From Candidatus Iainarchaeum sp. (GTDB lineage Archaea; Iainarchaeota; Iainarchaeia; Iainarchaeales; Iainarchaeaceae), in assembly GCA_043812975.1 (NCBI GenBank), contig JBDRLP010000021.1:1-34070 (forward strand): 34,070 bases of DNA, in the 5' to 3' direction. Position 1 is the stretch's first letter; every line of letters begins with the position of its first letter. The notes under the pieces were generated by a model. That model saw nothing but the letters and a program-made list of their open reading frames with translations. It was not told where the DNA came from and ran no database searches. Positions 9,275-18,292 of this stretch are shown here, piece after piece. The position numbers and the translations under genes were made by a program.

Positions 9275-9868
9275 TTATTTTCTGAATTCATTAGGAAGAA
9301 CTTTTGAATCTTTTTCTAAAATAGCACCGCAATTTATAGTTGAATTTACCCCTGTTTTTACATTATCAAAAAACAAGGCACCTAATTTTCTTCTACCCGA
9401 ATCAACTTTATTTCCATTAAGATTTACTTTCACTGATTTATTATCATGGCGAAGATTAGCAATTTTAGTTCCAGCACCAAGATTACAGTTCCTTCCAATA
9501 AGAGAATCTCCAACATAGGAAAAGTGAGGTATTTTAGAATCATTTAGAATAATAGAGTTCTTTATCTCAGAAGTGCCTACAAAGCAATTATCCGCTATAA
9601 TTGTTCCTTTTCTTAAATAAGCATTAGGGCCTATTATGCAGTTTTTCCCCACAAAAACATTACCTTCAACCCTGGACCCTGCCTTTACAACAGACCCCTT
9701 TCCAAGAGAAAGATTGCCGTCAACAACCACCCCGTTTTCTACATAACCTTCTGTTTTTGGTTCTAATTTCTGCATTTCTTCTTCAGCAAGTTCAATAATT
9801 TTCCAGAATTCAAAAGGAACATTTTTTTCAACAAGGCTTTCAGCTTCCTTAATCAGATTTTCAATCAT
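9275..9868 (-). CDS. Stand-alone hexapeptide-repeat acetyltransferase (GlmU C-terminal-like; probable glucosamine-1-phosphate N-acetyltransferase)
   Basis: IGPNAYLR, EIKNS, PHFSYVGDS, NLGAGTKIANLRHD and RKLGA motifs; last gene of the glmS-glmM operon with a 4-nt overlap. Confidence 0.85.
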   Translation of the reverse strand: MIENLIKEAESLVEKNVPFEFWKIIELAEEEMQKLEPKTEGYVENGVVVDGNLSLGKGSVVKAGSRVEGNVFVGKNCIIGPNAYLRKGTIIADNCFVGTSEIKNSIILNDSKIPHFSYVGDSLIGRNCNLGAGTKIANLRHDNKSVKVNLNGNKVDSGRRKLGALFFDNVKTGVNSTINCGAILEKDSKVLPNEFRK

Positions 9869-11277
9869 TCTCCAATCTCCTTTGAAATAGCATTAGCAAC
9901 AGAATCGGAAATTTTTTTTATTTCTGCCTCGCTTTTTCCCTCAACCATTACTCTTGCTATATTTTCTGTTCCACTATAACGAACAATAATCCTTCCATCA
10001 GAACCTAAATCTTTTTCAGCATTTTTAATTTTTTCATTTACTTCAGACATCTGTGAAAAATCCTTTTTTTCTTTCACTTTAACATTCACTAATACCTGCG
10101 GAAAAAATTCTAACGGAGAAACTAATTCTGAAAGTTTTTTTTCAGTAACCTTCATTAATCTCATTAACTGAAGTGCAGAAATTATTCCATCCCCAGTTGT
10201 TGTATAATCTCCAAAAACAAGGTGGCCGGATTGTTCTCCTCCAAAGTTGAAATTATTTTTTCTCATTTCCTCGATAACATAACGGTCACCAACTTTTACT
10301 GAAACGTATTTTATTCCGTTTTTTTCAAGAAACTTATGCAAACCAAGATTGCTCATAACAGTTATAACGCAAGTATCGTTTACAAGCTTATTTCTTTTCT
10401 TAAGTTCAACTGCAGCAAGAGCAAGAATAGCATCCCCATGAACTACTTCCCCTAGTTCATTACATACAATTATTCTATCAGCATCACCATCTAATGCAAT
10501 TCCTAAATCTGCTTTGTGTTCTTTTACTGCTTCACTCATTTTTTCCGGGAAAAGCGCACCGCACCCATCATTAATGTTATTTCCATCAGGCTTATCGAAC
10601 AAAGATATTACTTCAGCCCCTAATTCTGAAAAAATCTTTGGAGCAACACTATAACCTGCTCCGTTAGCACAATCCAAAACCAGTTTCAGTCCTGAAAGAG
10701 AAATATTTTTTACAGTGGATTTTGCAAACTCAATATAACGACCCTGCGCTTCATCAACACGAACAGCTTTTCCAACAGCCCCGTCAGGATTTTTTATTTC
10801 TTCATCAGACAAAACAATTTTTTCTATTTTATGCTCTATTTCATCACTTAACTTGTAGCCTTCAGAATCAAAAATTTTTATTCCATTATCTTCCGCAGGA
10901 TTATGAGATGCACTTAGAACTATTCCTGCATCAGCACTAAGAGAAGTTGTTAATTTTGCAATCGCAGGCGTAGGCATAGGCCCCACAAGGAAAACATCAA
11001 CACCCATAGAAACTATTCCTGCAGTTAAAGCAGTTTCTAACATATAACCTGAAAGTCTTGTGTCCTTACCAATAACAATACTGTGCTTTCCATTGTTCCT
11101 GAAAATACTTGCAACAGCCTTTCCAATTCTCAAAGCAACCTCTGGAGTCATAGGGTATTCATTTGCTTTTCCCCTGATTCCATCAGTTCCGAATAACTTT
11201 CTTTCGCCGCAGGCCCGCGGCGATAGGGCGCCCGCCTTCGGCAGGGCTTGCTCGCTATTGCTCGCAGTATTGCTCAT
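9865..11277 (-). CDS. glmM: Phosphoglucosamine mutase
   Basis: LFGTDGIRG, SASHNP, DGDADR, GGEQSGH and RYSGTE motifs. Confidence 0.96.
   Translation of the reverse strand: MSNTASNSEQALPKAGALSPRACGERKLFGTDGIRGKANEYPMTPEVALRIGKAVASIFRNNGKHSIVIGKDTRLSGYMLETALTAGIVSMGVDVFLVGPMPTPAIAKLTTSLSADAGIVLSASHNPAEDNGIKIFDSEGYKLSDEIEHKIEKIVLSDEEIKNPDGAVGKAVRVDEAQGRYIEFAKSTVKNISLSGLKLVLDCANGAGYSVAPKIFSELGAEVISLFDKPDGNNINDGCGALFPEKMSEAVKEHKADLGIALDGDADRIIVCNELGEVVHGDAILALAAVELKKRNKLVNDTCVITVMSNLGLHKFLEKNGIKYVSVKVGDRYVIEEMRKNNFNFGGEQSGHLVFGDYTTTGDGIISALQLMRLMKVTEKKLSELVSPLEFFPQVLVNVKVKEKKDFSQMSEVNEKIKNAEKDLGSDGRIIVRYSGTENIARVMVEGKSEAEIKKISDSVANAISKEIGE
11204..11267 (-). repeat. In-frame GC-rich palindromic insertion in the glmM 5' end
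   Basis: GCGAGCAATAGCGAGC; CCTGCC-GAA-GGCGGG; TCGCCGCGG-GC-CTGCGGCGA, within an AT-rich gene. Confidence 0.75.
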
Positions 11278-13019
11278 TTTACAGTCACCGATTTTGCTAA
11301 ATTTCTAGGCTTATCAGGGTCAAAACCCTTCTTTAACGCCAGATAATAGGATAATAGCTGTATCGGTATAACAAGGGAAATTATATTCGCATTACCGCAT
11401 TCAGGAACAATAATACTAAAATCAAATTCAGAATGCTCTTTTGAATCAACACCAATTATTAGAGCACCTCTGCTTTTCATTTCAATCGCATTACTAATAA
11501 TCTCCGCACGGGTTTCTGGAGTACAAAGTACAATTGCAGGAGTTCCTTCCTCAATCAATGCAATTGTGCCGTGTTTTAATTCTGCTCCTGCAAAACCTTC
11601 AGCGTGAATATAACTAACTTCTTTAATTTTCAAAGCAGATTCTAAAGCAGCAGGAAAAGCCTCGCTCCTCCCAATAACAAAAATGTTTTTTTTGTCCACA
11701 AGTTTTTCTGCAAGTGATTCCATTTTTTCTTTGGAAAAAGAAATTGTAGATTCGATTTTAGAAGCAGTTTCTTTTACTAATTGCTTTGCCTCATCATTTT
11801 TACCAACAACAGAATAAGCTAAAAGAAGAAGAATTGCAAGCTGGCTTGTGTAACTTTTTGTTGAAAGAACACAAATTTCAGGTCCGGCATTCATCAAAAG
11901 AGAAACATCAGAAGTGCGCATTAAAGAAGAATCCATTACATTAACAATTGAAGCAATCTTTGCTCCTTTTTTCTTTGCGGTTTTTACTGCATCCAAAAGA
12001 TCAGCTGTTTCTCCGCTCTGGCTTAAAGCAACAACAAGTGTTTTTTCATTCAGAAAATTTTCAACTCTTGAAAATTCTGAAGCAAGAATAGTTTCAACAT
12101 GCAAACCAGCACTGCTGAAAAAATAAGAACCCGCAATGCAGGCGTGATAAGAAGTGCCACAACCTATCAAAAATACTTTTTCAGAACTTTTAATCAAACT
12201 TGTTAGTTCATCAAGGTTTTCTTTTGGCTGTTCGACTGCTAATTCCAGTGCTTTTGGCTGTTCAAAAATTTCCTTTAACATGAAGTGAGGGTAAGAACCT
12301 TTTTGAGCCTGCTCAAAATCCCAGGTAAGTTCTTTAGTTTCAAAATTAATTTCTTTTCCGGAAGCAACATCAAAAACTTTTGGCTCTGCGGAAATTACTG
12401 ACATTTCATTATCATTCAGAAAGTAAACTTTTTTTGTTTCGCCAATAAAAGCAGTTGCATCAGAAGCAACAAAAAAAGAATCGCCAAAACCAAGAACTAA
12501 AGGAGAACCATTTCTTGCACACACTAATTTATTTTCTCCGAGATGAATTGCGACAATAGCAAAACTTCCTTCAATTTCCAAAAGAGATTTTCTTACTGCT
12601 TCTTCAAAAGAATTTTCCGATTTCATTTTTTCCTGAATCAAATTTACAATAACTTCAGAATCAGTATCTGATTTGAAAGTATAATCTTTTTCTATTAATG
12701 ATTTTTTTAACTGAGCAAAGTTCTCAACAATTCCATTATGAACTAAAGCAATTTTACCATCCATTGAAAGATGCGGATGCGCATTCCTTTCAGAAACATT
12801 ACCATGGGTTGCCCAGCGGGGGTGACCTATAGCAATACCAGAATCTGAGTATAAAGGATCAGAATTGCTAATGTGACCTACTTTTTTTTCTACTGAAAAT
12901 TCACCGGAATTCGGGTAAGCTATTCCCCAGGAATCATAACCCCTGTATTCAAGAGCTTTTAAACCATAAAATGCTTTCTCAGTTGCTTTGCTTCCTTTAA
13001 TCCCAATAATGCCACACAT
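11274..13019 (-). CDS. glmS: Glutamine-fructose-6-phosphate transaminase
   Basis: MCGIIG, EYRGYDS, RWATHG, HNG, SQSGETAD, KEVSYIHAEG, PRNLAKSVTV. Confidence 0.97.
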   Translation of the reverse strand: MCGIIGIKGSKATEKAFYGLKALEYRGYDSWGIAYPNSGEFSVEKKVGHISNSDPLYSDSGIAIGHPRWATHGNVSERNAHPHLSMDGKIALVHNGIVENFAQLKKSLIEKDYTFKSDTDSEVIVNLIQEKMKSENSFEEAVRKSLLEIEGSFAIVAIHLGENKLVCARNGSPLVLGFGDSFFVASDATAFIGETKKVYFLNDNEMSVISAEPKVFDVASGKEINFETKELTWDFEQAQKGSYPHFMLKEIFEQPKALELAVEQPKENLDELTSLIKSSEKVFLIGCGTSYHACIAGSYFFSSAGLHVETILASEFSRVENFLNEKTLVVALSQSGETADLLDAVKTAKKKGAKIASIVNVMDSSLMRTSDVSLLMNAGPEICVLSTKSYTSQLAILLLLAYSVVGKNDEAKQLVKETASKIESTISFSKEKMESLAEKLVDKKNIFVIGRSEAFPAALESALKIKEVSYIHAEGFAGAELKHGTIALIEEGTPAIVLCTPETRAEIISNAIEMKSRGALIIGVDSKEHSEFDFSIIVPECGNANIISLVIPIQLLSYYLALKKGFDPDKPRNLAKSVTVK

Positions 13020-13113
13020 GACATTAAAACGAGCATAAAAAAGCTTTTAAAGGAAAAAGATACTATTATTATAAAAATACTTATACTAGTATTAAGTTAT
13101 TAATAGTGGTTTT

Positions 13114-14064
13114 ATGGATACGATTATAATTGAGGGAAAGGAAGGTAAATTAGAATTACAGACTAAAGTGGTTAGCAATGTTGCTGAATTAAGGCCTTTG
13201 CTTAATCCTGACTGCTGGAAGATATTTGAGAAACTAATGGAAAAACCTGCTTTTCCTGCAGAAATAGCTAAAGAACTCGGGATTAATGAGCAGAAAGTTT
13301 ACTATTACATTAAACAACTGAAAAACTCGCACCTCATTAGTATTGAAAAAACAGAGGAAAGAAACGGAGCATTGGCAAAGTATTATTCTGCTTCGGCTGA
13401 TTCATTTGCAATAATACCAAGCCAAAGTATTATTGGAAAAAAATCAAAAATTCTTAAACGAGATAATGTTGAAAGTGAAGCAACAGAATTCCTGAAAGAT
13501 TTTACAAAAAAAGGAATCTTCTCAGCAAAAATAGTAGTTGGAAGCCCTGACCCGCACGGAACCTACAAAGCAAGAGCAAGAGACGGACATTTAGCAGCAG
13601 AACTAACAGCTTTCTTAGGAGCAAACACGCAAGGGTTTGAATTGCCTTTAGTTTTTCTGGATACAATGGTTAAGGATCTTAAAAATGAGAATTCTAACCT
13701 GATTATTCTCGGAGGCCCTGTTACAAATAAACTTGCTGAACAGGTTAACAATCATCTGCCGATTAAATTTGTTCCTTCAGGCGGAAACTGGACTTTAAGT
13801 TCAAAACCCAGTGGAAAAGATTACAACGAAGATTCAATCGGAATAATAGAAAAAATCCCCCACCCGTATTTCAAAGGAAAATGGATAATGGTAATAGCTG
13901 GAAAACGAAATACAGGAACAATAGCTGCTATTCTTGCTCTGGCAAAAAAAACCTCCCAAACAGTACAACCCAATAATTTTGACAAAGAAACTTATGCGCG
14001 GGTTGTAGAAGGCCTGGATTTGAATGGCGATGGCTTGATTGATGAAGTTGAGTTTAAGGAGTGA
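13114..14064 (+). CDS. ArsR-like HTH transcriptional regulator with C-terminal ligand-binding/S-layer-like domain
   Basis: AEIAKELGINEQKVYYYIKQL HTH; VVGSPDPHG and NLIILGGPVTN; divergent from glmS. Confidence 0.8.
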   Translation: MDTIIIEGKEGKLELQTKVVSNVAELRPLLNPDCWKIFEKLMEKPAFPAEIAKELGINEQKVYYYIKQLKNSHLISIEKTEERNGALAKYYSASADSFAIIPSQSIIGKKSKILKRDNVESEATEFLKDFTKKGIFSAKIVVGSPDPHGTYKARARDGHLAAELTAFLGANTQGFELPLVFLDTMVKDLKNENSNLIILGGPVTNKLAEQVNNHLPIKFVPSGGNWTLSSKPSGKDYNEDSIGIIEKIPHPYFKGKWIMVIAGKRNTGTIAAILALAKKTSQTVQPNNFDKETYARVVEGLDLNGDGLIDEVEFKE

Positions 14065-14114
14065 TACTGAATAAAAACCAACAATTAAATACTTCAATAA
14101 TCAACTTTCAGAGT

Positions 14115-14393
14115 ATGATAAAGCTTAGTAATTTCATTGGTCAACCGTGCCAGTCAAGGATAGCTTTCGAGTTTTTGCCAAAAAAAGAACACAAACTTAA
14201 TTTGGAAACAACCGCAAGAAAACTAAGAGAAAACGAAGTATTCATTGAACTTGAAAGTCCTTACTTAATAATGCTGAAAATTACAGGCACTAATGTTTCA
14301 CTTTTTAAAAGCGGAAAAATAATCGTAAAATCCACAAACGAAAAAAAAGAAGCAAAAAAAATCGCGGAAAAACTAATTTCTAAGATGCAGTAA
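14115..14393 (+). CDS. Small protein resembling a single TBP-like domain
   Basis: VSLFKSGKIIV followed by helix EAKKIAEKL; ATG 14115 preferred over the 14061 start. Confidence 0.6.
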   Translation: MIKLSNFIGQPCQSRIAFEFLPKKEHKLNLETTARKLRENEVFIELESPYLIMLKITGTNVSLFKSGKIIVKSTNEKKEAKKIAEKLISKMQ

Positions 14394-14458
14394 GTAGCAT
14401 CGAGCCACAAGGCGAAGATGGTACGCCGCCCGAAGGGCGTCCACAGACGCAACTGTGG
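14394..14458 (+). repeat. Stop-codon-anchored palindromic element, copy B
   Basis: GTAGCATC-GAGCCACAAGGCGAA-GATGGTAC; CGCCC-GAA-GGGCG; CCACAG-ACGCAA-CTGTGG; duplicated gene end 14349-14393 and 14460-14504. Confidence 0.92.
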
Positions 14459-14567
14459 AGAAGCAAGAAAAATTGCGGAAAAACTGATTTCTAAAATGCA
14501 GTAGTTGAAGGTAATAATTTAATTCTAAAAACTGATTTCAAAAATTAGATTCCAAAAAAGTGTAAAA

Positions 14568-14589
14568 GAAAAAGGCCGAAGCCTTTTTC
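14568..14589 (-). terminator. Intrinsic-type terminator hairpin
   Basis: GAAAAAGGC-TTCG-GCCTTTTTC on the minus strand (cUUCGg loop), downstream of 14621-15001. Confidence 0.7.
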
Positions 14590-14620
14590 CAAAACATATT
14601 GAGAGTTATTAAATTTACAC

Positions 14621-15001
14621 TTAAAGTGTATTTACTTGTTCTGAAGCTAATCCTTTGATAGCTTTTAATGCTACTATCAAAGCTGCTGGGGCAACGAATA
14701 TTGCGATATTCTGGACGATTGCTGCAAGATATATTCCAATAGCTGGAATCTCTGCAAGACCGCCGGCTGTTGCTGAAAGAACTATTAGAGCAATTGCTGA
14801 TATCAAGAATTCATTAACGTGTTTGTCCTTGACATTCAGGAATCCTACAATAGCACCCAAAATTACGAGTACTAAAGGAACATATGCTGCTGCAGCTCCA
14901 AGCAAACTTTGCTGACCGCCAGCGACCAGTAGCCCAACAATAATTGCTATTGCTGCACCTACTAAGAAAGCATAACTTCCTAATTGCTGCTGTGACGCCA
15001 T
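14621..15001 (-). CDS. Conserved-looking membrane protein with four TM helices
   Basis: Four hydrophobic helices; ATG at 15001 behind SD AGGAGGTG. Confidence 0.8.
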   Translation of the reverse strand: MASQQQLGSYAFLVGAAIAIIVGLLVAGGQQSLLGAAAAYVPLVLVILGAIVGFLNVKDKHVNEFLISAIALIVLSATAGGLAEIPAIGIYLAAIVQNIAIFVAPAALIVALKAIKGLASEQVNTL

Positions 15002-15214
15002 GATTAAGCACCTCCTTTCAAACCCATACAAATCAGTTATTTAAAAAGCTTTGGGTGTATTCAATTGCTTTTTAAGTCATTTGTGGAAATTAACAATGAA
15101 AAAAAGCTTTTTTTTCGTTGTTCACAAAATAGGCATTTGACGTTTGCCGATAACTTTATAAGAAAAAAAACAGTATTAGTTGCAAAATAACCAATTTTAA
15201 CGGAGGTAAAGAAC

Positions 15215-15892
15215 ATGGTTGATTATGCAGCAGCAATAAAAAAACCATTCTCTGACATGCAAACGCTTGGAATCGGAATAATATTAGGTTTCATTCCAGT
15301 CATCAGTTTACTGGTGAACGGTTACGGCATTGGCGTGGCGAGAAAGGTAGTTAACAAAGATAATAAGCTTCCCAAATGGGATCCTGGAAAAATAGTACAA
15401 TACGTAAAAGATTTCATTGTAGGAATGGTGATAAGTATCATTTATTTGATTCCTGCAGCAATTCTGGTCATCTTTGGAGGCATCGCAATTATAGGACCGA
15501 TAATATCAGCAGCAATGGGCGGAGAAATAAGTGATGCTCTTGCAGGCCAGTTAATAGGAAGCATTGCAGCAGGAGGAATACTTTTCATTCTGGCAATAAT
15601 ACTCGCAATAATAGGCGGATTATTTGCTACAATGGGTATAATCTTCTACGCAAAAACAGGAAGCATCGGAGCAGCATTCAGTTTTGGGGCGATTCTCAAA
15701 AAAATTCTCACAGGAACATTCCTTGCAGCATTCGTAATATACATTGTTTATGCAATCGTGCTGGCAATAATAATGGGAGTACTTTCAATAATACCCTTTT
15801 TGGGATCCCTTATAGGACTGGGACTGCTAACATACGCGACTTCAGTAACAGGACAAACTTTGTTTGCACAAGTATTTAACGAAACGCCATAA
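15215..15892 (+). CDS. DUF4013-like membrane protein
   Basis: AIKKPF...GY...LPKW signature, multiple TM helices, SD GGAGGT. Confidence 0.75.
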   Translation: MVDYAAAIKKPFSDMQTLGIGIILGFIPVISLLVNGYGIGVARKVVNKDNKLPKWDPGKIVQYVKDFIVGMVISIIYLIPAAILVIFGGIAIIGPIISAAMGGEISDALAGQLIGSIAAGGILFILAIILAIIGGLFATMGIIFYAKTGSIGAAFSFGAILKKILTGTFLAAFVIYIVYAIVLAIIMGVLSIIPFLGSLIGLGLLTYATSVTGQTLFAQVFNETP

Positions 15893-15919
15893 ATACGGCG
15901 TTTCAAATTTTCTTTTTTT
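15881..15919 (+). terminator. Hairpin plus T-tract
   Basis: GAAACGCC-N8-GGCGTTTC spanning the stop codon, then TTTTCTTTTTTT. Confidence 0.5.
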
Positions 15920-15957
15920 AAAGCAACCTTATTATATTTCAAAAACTAATTTTTAAT

Positions 15958-16734
15958 ATGAAAAGAAAAGCTCCTGCTAGAATAAGACGGTATATAGATG
16001 AACTTCGTTCCAAGGAATCAGGTGTGGGGGACACCAAGCAAGCTATAAAACAAGTTAATGCGAGGTATAATTTTGCATTAGAAAGACTACCAAATAAAGG
16101 GACTATTTTGGATATTGGTATCGGCATGGGTGTTGGAGTTTCTCAAACTAATTCCCCTGAAATGTTTGTCGGTCTTGACTATAATCGCAAAGCCTTAGGA
16201 ATTGCTGCTCAGGACAACCCCCGTCTAAGGGGAAAACTTGTACAGGCAACTGCAAGGAAAATTCCTTTTAAGGACATTGGTGCCATAACCGCTTTTGAAT
16301 TATTGGAGCATCTTTCGCCTGAGGCAAAACACGAATTTTTAAGAGAAGCTCATGAGTCTCTTTCAAAAGGCGGCTTATTGATAATTTCTACTCCTCTGAG
16401 TTTTGGGCCGGTCAGAACATTGAATAGATTTCACGCTGGAAAAGAACTTGAACTACCACAATTGAGAGAATTATTGGAAAAATATTTTGGAGAAGTTGAA
16501 TATTATGGTATTGGAACGCAACCAAAATCAATTGGAAGGAAACTTGCTTTCAGAGCACAGGAACTTGTTTCTTCGATTGACATATTAAATATTAGACGAA
16601 AAATCCTGCCACCTAAATTGCGATCAATAATGTTGCGTAAATTAAGAGGGAATTCAGAAATAAAACCTTTAAGGAATTATAATATGAGTGAAGGGGAACT
16701 TCCAAAAAACATAATCGCTGTTGCGAAAAAATAA
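15958..16734 (+). CDS. Class I SAM-dependent methyltransferase
   Basis: ILDIGIGMG, GLD, FELLEHL and LSKGGLLIISTP motifs. Confidence 0.85.
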   Translation: MKRKAPARIRRYIDELRSKESGVGDTKQAIKQVNARYNFALERLPNKGTILDIGIGMGVGVSQTNSPEMFVGLDYNRKALGIAAQDNPRLRGKLVQATARKIPFKDIGAITAFELLEHLSPEAKHEFLREAHESLSKGGLLIISTPLSFGPVRTLNRFHAGKELELPQLRELLEKYFGEVEYYGIGTQPKSIGRKLAFRAQELVSSIDILNIRRKILPPKLRSIMLRKLRGNSEIKPLRNYNMSEGELPKNIIAVAKK

Positions 16735-16738
16735 TTAT

Positions 16739-17332
16739 TTAAAGAATATTCAGTTCTTTAAGTCTTTTCTCAAAATCATTATTGTCGTGAAAGACTATTC
16801 CTTTGAAGCCAAGAGCCATGGAAGTAAGAACATTTGCTGTTGAGTCATCCACAAAAACACATTCACTTGGTTTGAGTTTTGTTTTTTCCAAAAAGTAATT
16901 GTAAATATTAGGGAATGGTTTTATCTCCTGAATTTCATGGCTCAGAAAAATTTCTTTAAACGGAACATACAATTTTTGTTTTCTGTAAGATTTTCCCTGA
17001 AGGAAATTTGAATTAGAAAGTAAATACAAATCATACTTTTTTGCAAGAATATCAAGCAAAGCATAAAGCGATTCGTTTTTCAAAAACCGCATTTCATAAT
17101 GTGCTTCAATCAGATTTTTGTATTCAGACTCAGATATGCCGACAAAAACCCTTTTCCAGAAATTATAAGGAGAATAGAAACCCCTTTCAAAATTCCACAA
17201 ATTTAAGTAATAATTAGACTTGGCAATCCATTCACCAGTACCTCTAATCAAACAAATATTCTTCAAAAGATTTAACTCAGGAGCATCTACAAAAAGCCCA
17301 TTCATATCGAAAACTATCGCCTTAAAACCCAT
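16739..17332 (-). CDS. HAD-superfamily hydrolase
   Basis: IVFDMNG (motif I variant), LLSN, KP and FVDD motifs. Confidence 0.8.
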   Translation of the reverse strand: MGFKAIVFDMNGLFVDAPELNLLKNICLIRGTGEWIAKSNYYLNLWNFERGFYSPYNFWKRVFVGISESEYKNLIEAHYEMRFLKNESLYALLDILAKKYDLYLLSNSNFLQGKSYRKQKLYVPFKEIFLSHEIQEIKPFPNIYNYFLEKTKLKPSECVFVDDSTANVLTSMALGFKGIVFHDNNDFEKRLKELNIL

Positions 17333-17427
17333 TTCAGCACCAAAATACCATTTTATACATTACTAATCTAAAATAATAAATAGAAAAAGGTTAAAAACAT
17401 CAAATAACCCTTTGCTAGTGATTAAAA

Positions 17428-18198
17428 ATGCCAAAAAAAGTTGAAAAGAAAGAGGACGAAGTCGAAAAGAAAATCGACTTTACTAAAGAAAAGATAAATG
17501 ACAACAAAACAGGTATTGCTGAAATTAGGGATGAAATAACAGATACAGGAAAAGACGTAGATGAAATAAAAGAAGAAGTTATTGATGCAGGAAAAGACGT
17601 AGACGAGATCAAAAAAGAGGTTATTGACACAGGAAAGGATATTGATGATATTAAAGAAGAAGTAGAGGATACGGGAAAAGACGTAGACGAAATAAAAGAA
17701 GAAGTACTTGAAACAGGAAAAGACGTAGATGAAATAAAAGAAGAAGTTGTAGAGATAACAAAAAGGCAAAATACTATACTGAAAAAAATTTCAGCACAAT
17801 TTCTTCCTTCCGAGTTTAACTTTAACGACGTTGCACAGCAAATTGTAGGAGCAATAATCCTGTCAAGTCCGCTTGCAGTAACAGAAGAAGTATGGAATCT
17901 TGCAAAAGAACTTGACACTGCAAGAATACTAGTAATAATCGGAATAACATTATTGTTTGATATTTTATTGATTTATTACACGGCTTACAGAAAAGAAAAG
18001 GAACGAAAAATAATCAATCTGATTCCTGCAAGATTGTTCTCAATGATACTTATTTCTTACTTAACCGCAACAACAATTCTGTACGTTTTCGGAGTAATAG
18101 GACTACACATCACCGACATGGACTGGGCATTAAGACTCATAGTATTCGTAGGGTTATTTGCTAATGTAGGTGCTGGAACTGCTGATATAATCAAATAA
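17428..18198 (+). CDS. DUF2391-like membrane protein with N-terminal 14-aa repeats
   Basis: DVAQQIVGA...PLAVTEEVW motif followed by TM helices. Confidence 0.75.
   Translation: MPKKVEKKEDEVEKKIDFTKEKINDNKTGIAEIRDEITDTGKDVDEIKEEVIDAGKDVDEIKKEVIDTGKDIDDIKEEVEDTGKDVDEIKEEVLETGKDVDEIKEEVVEITKRQNTILKKISAQFLPSEFNFNDVAQQIVGAIILSSPLAVTEEVWNLAKELDTARILVIIGITLLFDILLIYYTAYRKEKERKIINLIPARLFSMILISYLTATTILYVFGVIGLHITDMDWALRLIVFVGLFANVGAGTADIIK
17542..17751 (+). repeat. Five 42-bp coding tandem repeats
   Basis: (D/E)(T/A)GKD(V/I)D(E/D)IK(E/K)EVx five times. Confidence 0.9.
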
Positions 18199-18292
18199 GT
18201 ACTATCGAGTCCCGCCTGACAGGCGTGACGAAGATAGTACGCGCACCACACAGCAACCGAAGGGAGTACCCGCAAGGGTGCCGCAACTGTGT
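18199..18292 (+). repeat. Stop-codon-anchored palindromic element, copy C
   Basis: GTACTATC-GAGTCCCGCCTGACAGGCGTGACGAA-GATAGTAC; GCGCACC; ACACAG...CGCAA-CTGTGT with internal hairpins; duplicated gene end 18157-18198 and 18294-18335. Confidence 0.92.

Noticed and set aside
14448..14456. R-N-C in the element frame as an intein C-terminal junction
   Set aside because: No intein blocks upstream, and copy A reads R-N-G.
14394..14458. Hammerhead ribozyme or tRNA identity for the elements
   Set aside because: GA-stem-GAA superficially recalls a hammerhead, but the CUGANGA core and GAAA are missing; there is no cloverleaf, T-loop or acceptor stem.
14349..14504. Duplicated tails as a diversity-generating retroelement TR/VR pair
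   Set aside because: Differences are not confined to adenines in one copy, are mostly silent, and no reverse transcriptase is in the window.
17300..17320. HAD motif DMNG as evidence of an inactive enzyme
   Set aside because: The nucleophile Asp is retained and variation at the second position occurs in HAD subfamilies, so no conclusion is possible.
17542..17751. 42-bp repeats as a CRISPR array
   Set aside because: They are contiguous in-frame coding repeats without spacers.
9187..18292. Element copies as a CRISPR array
   Set aside because: Copies are kilobases apart, variable in length, and have no repeat-spacer periodicity or cas genes.
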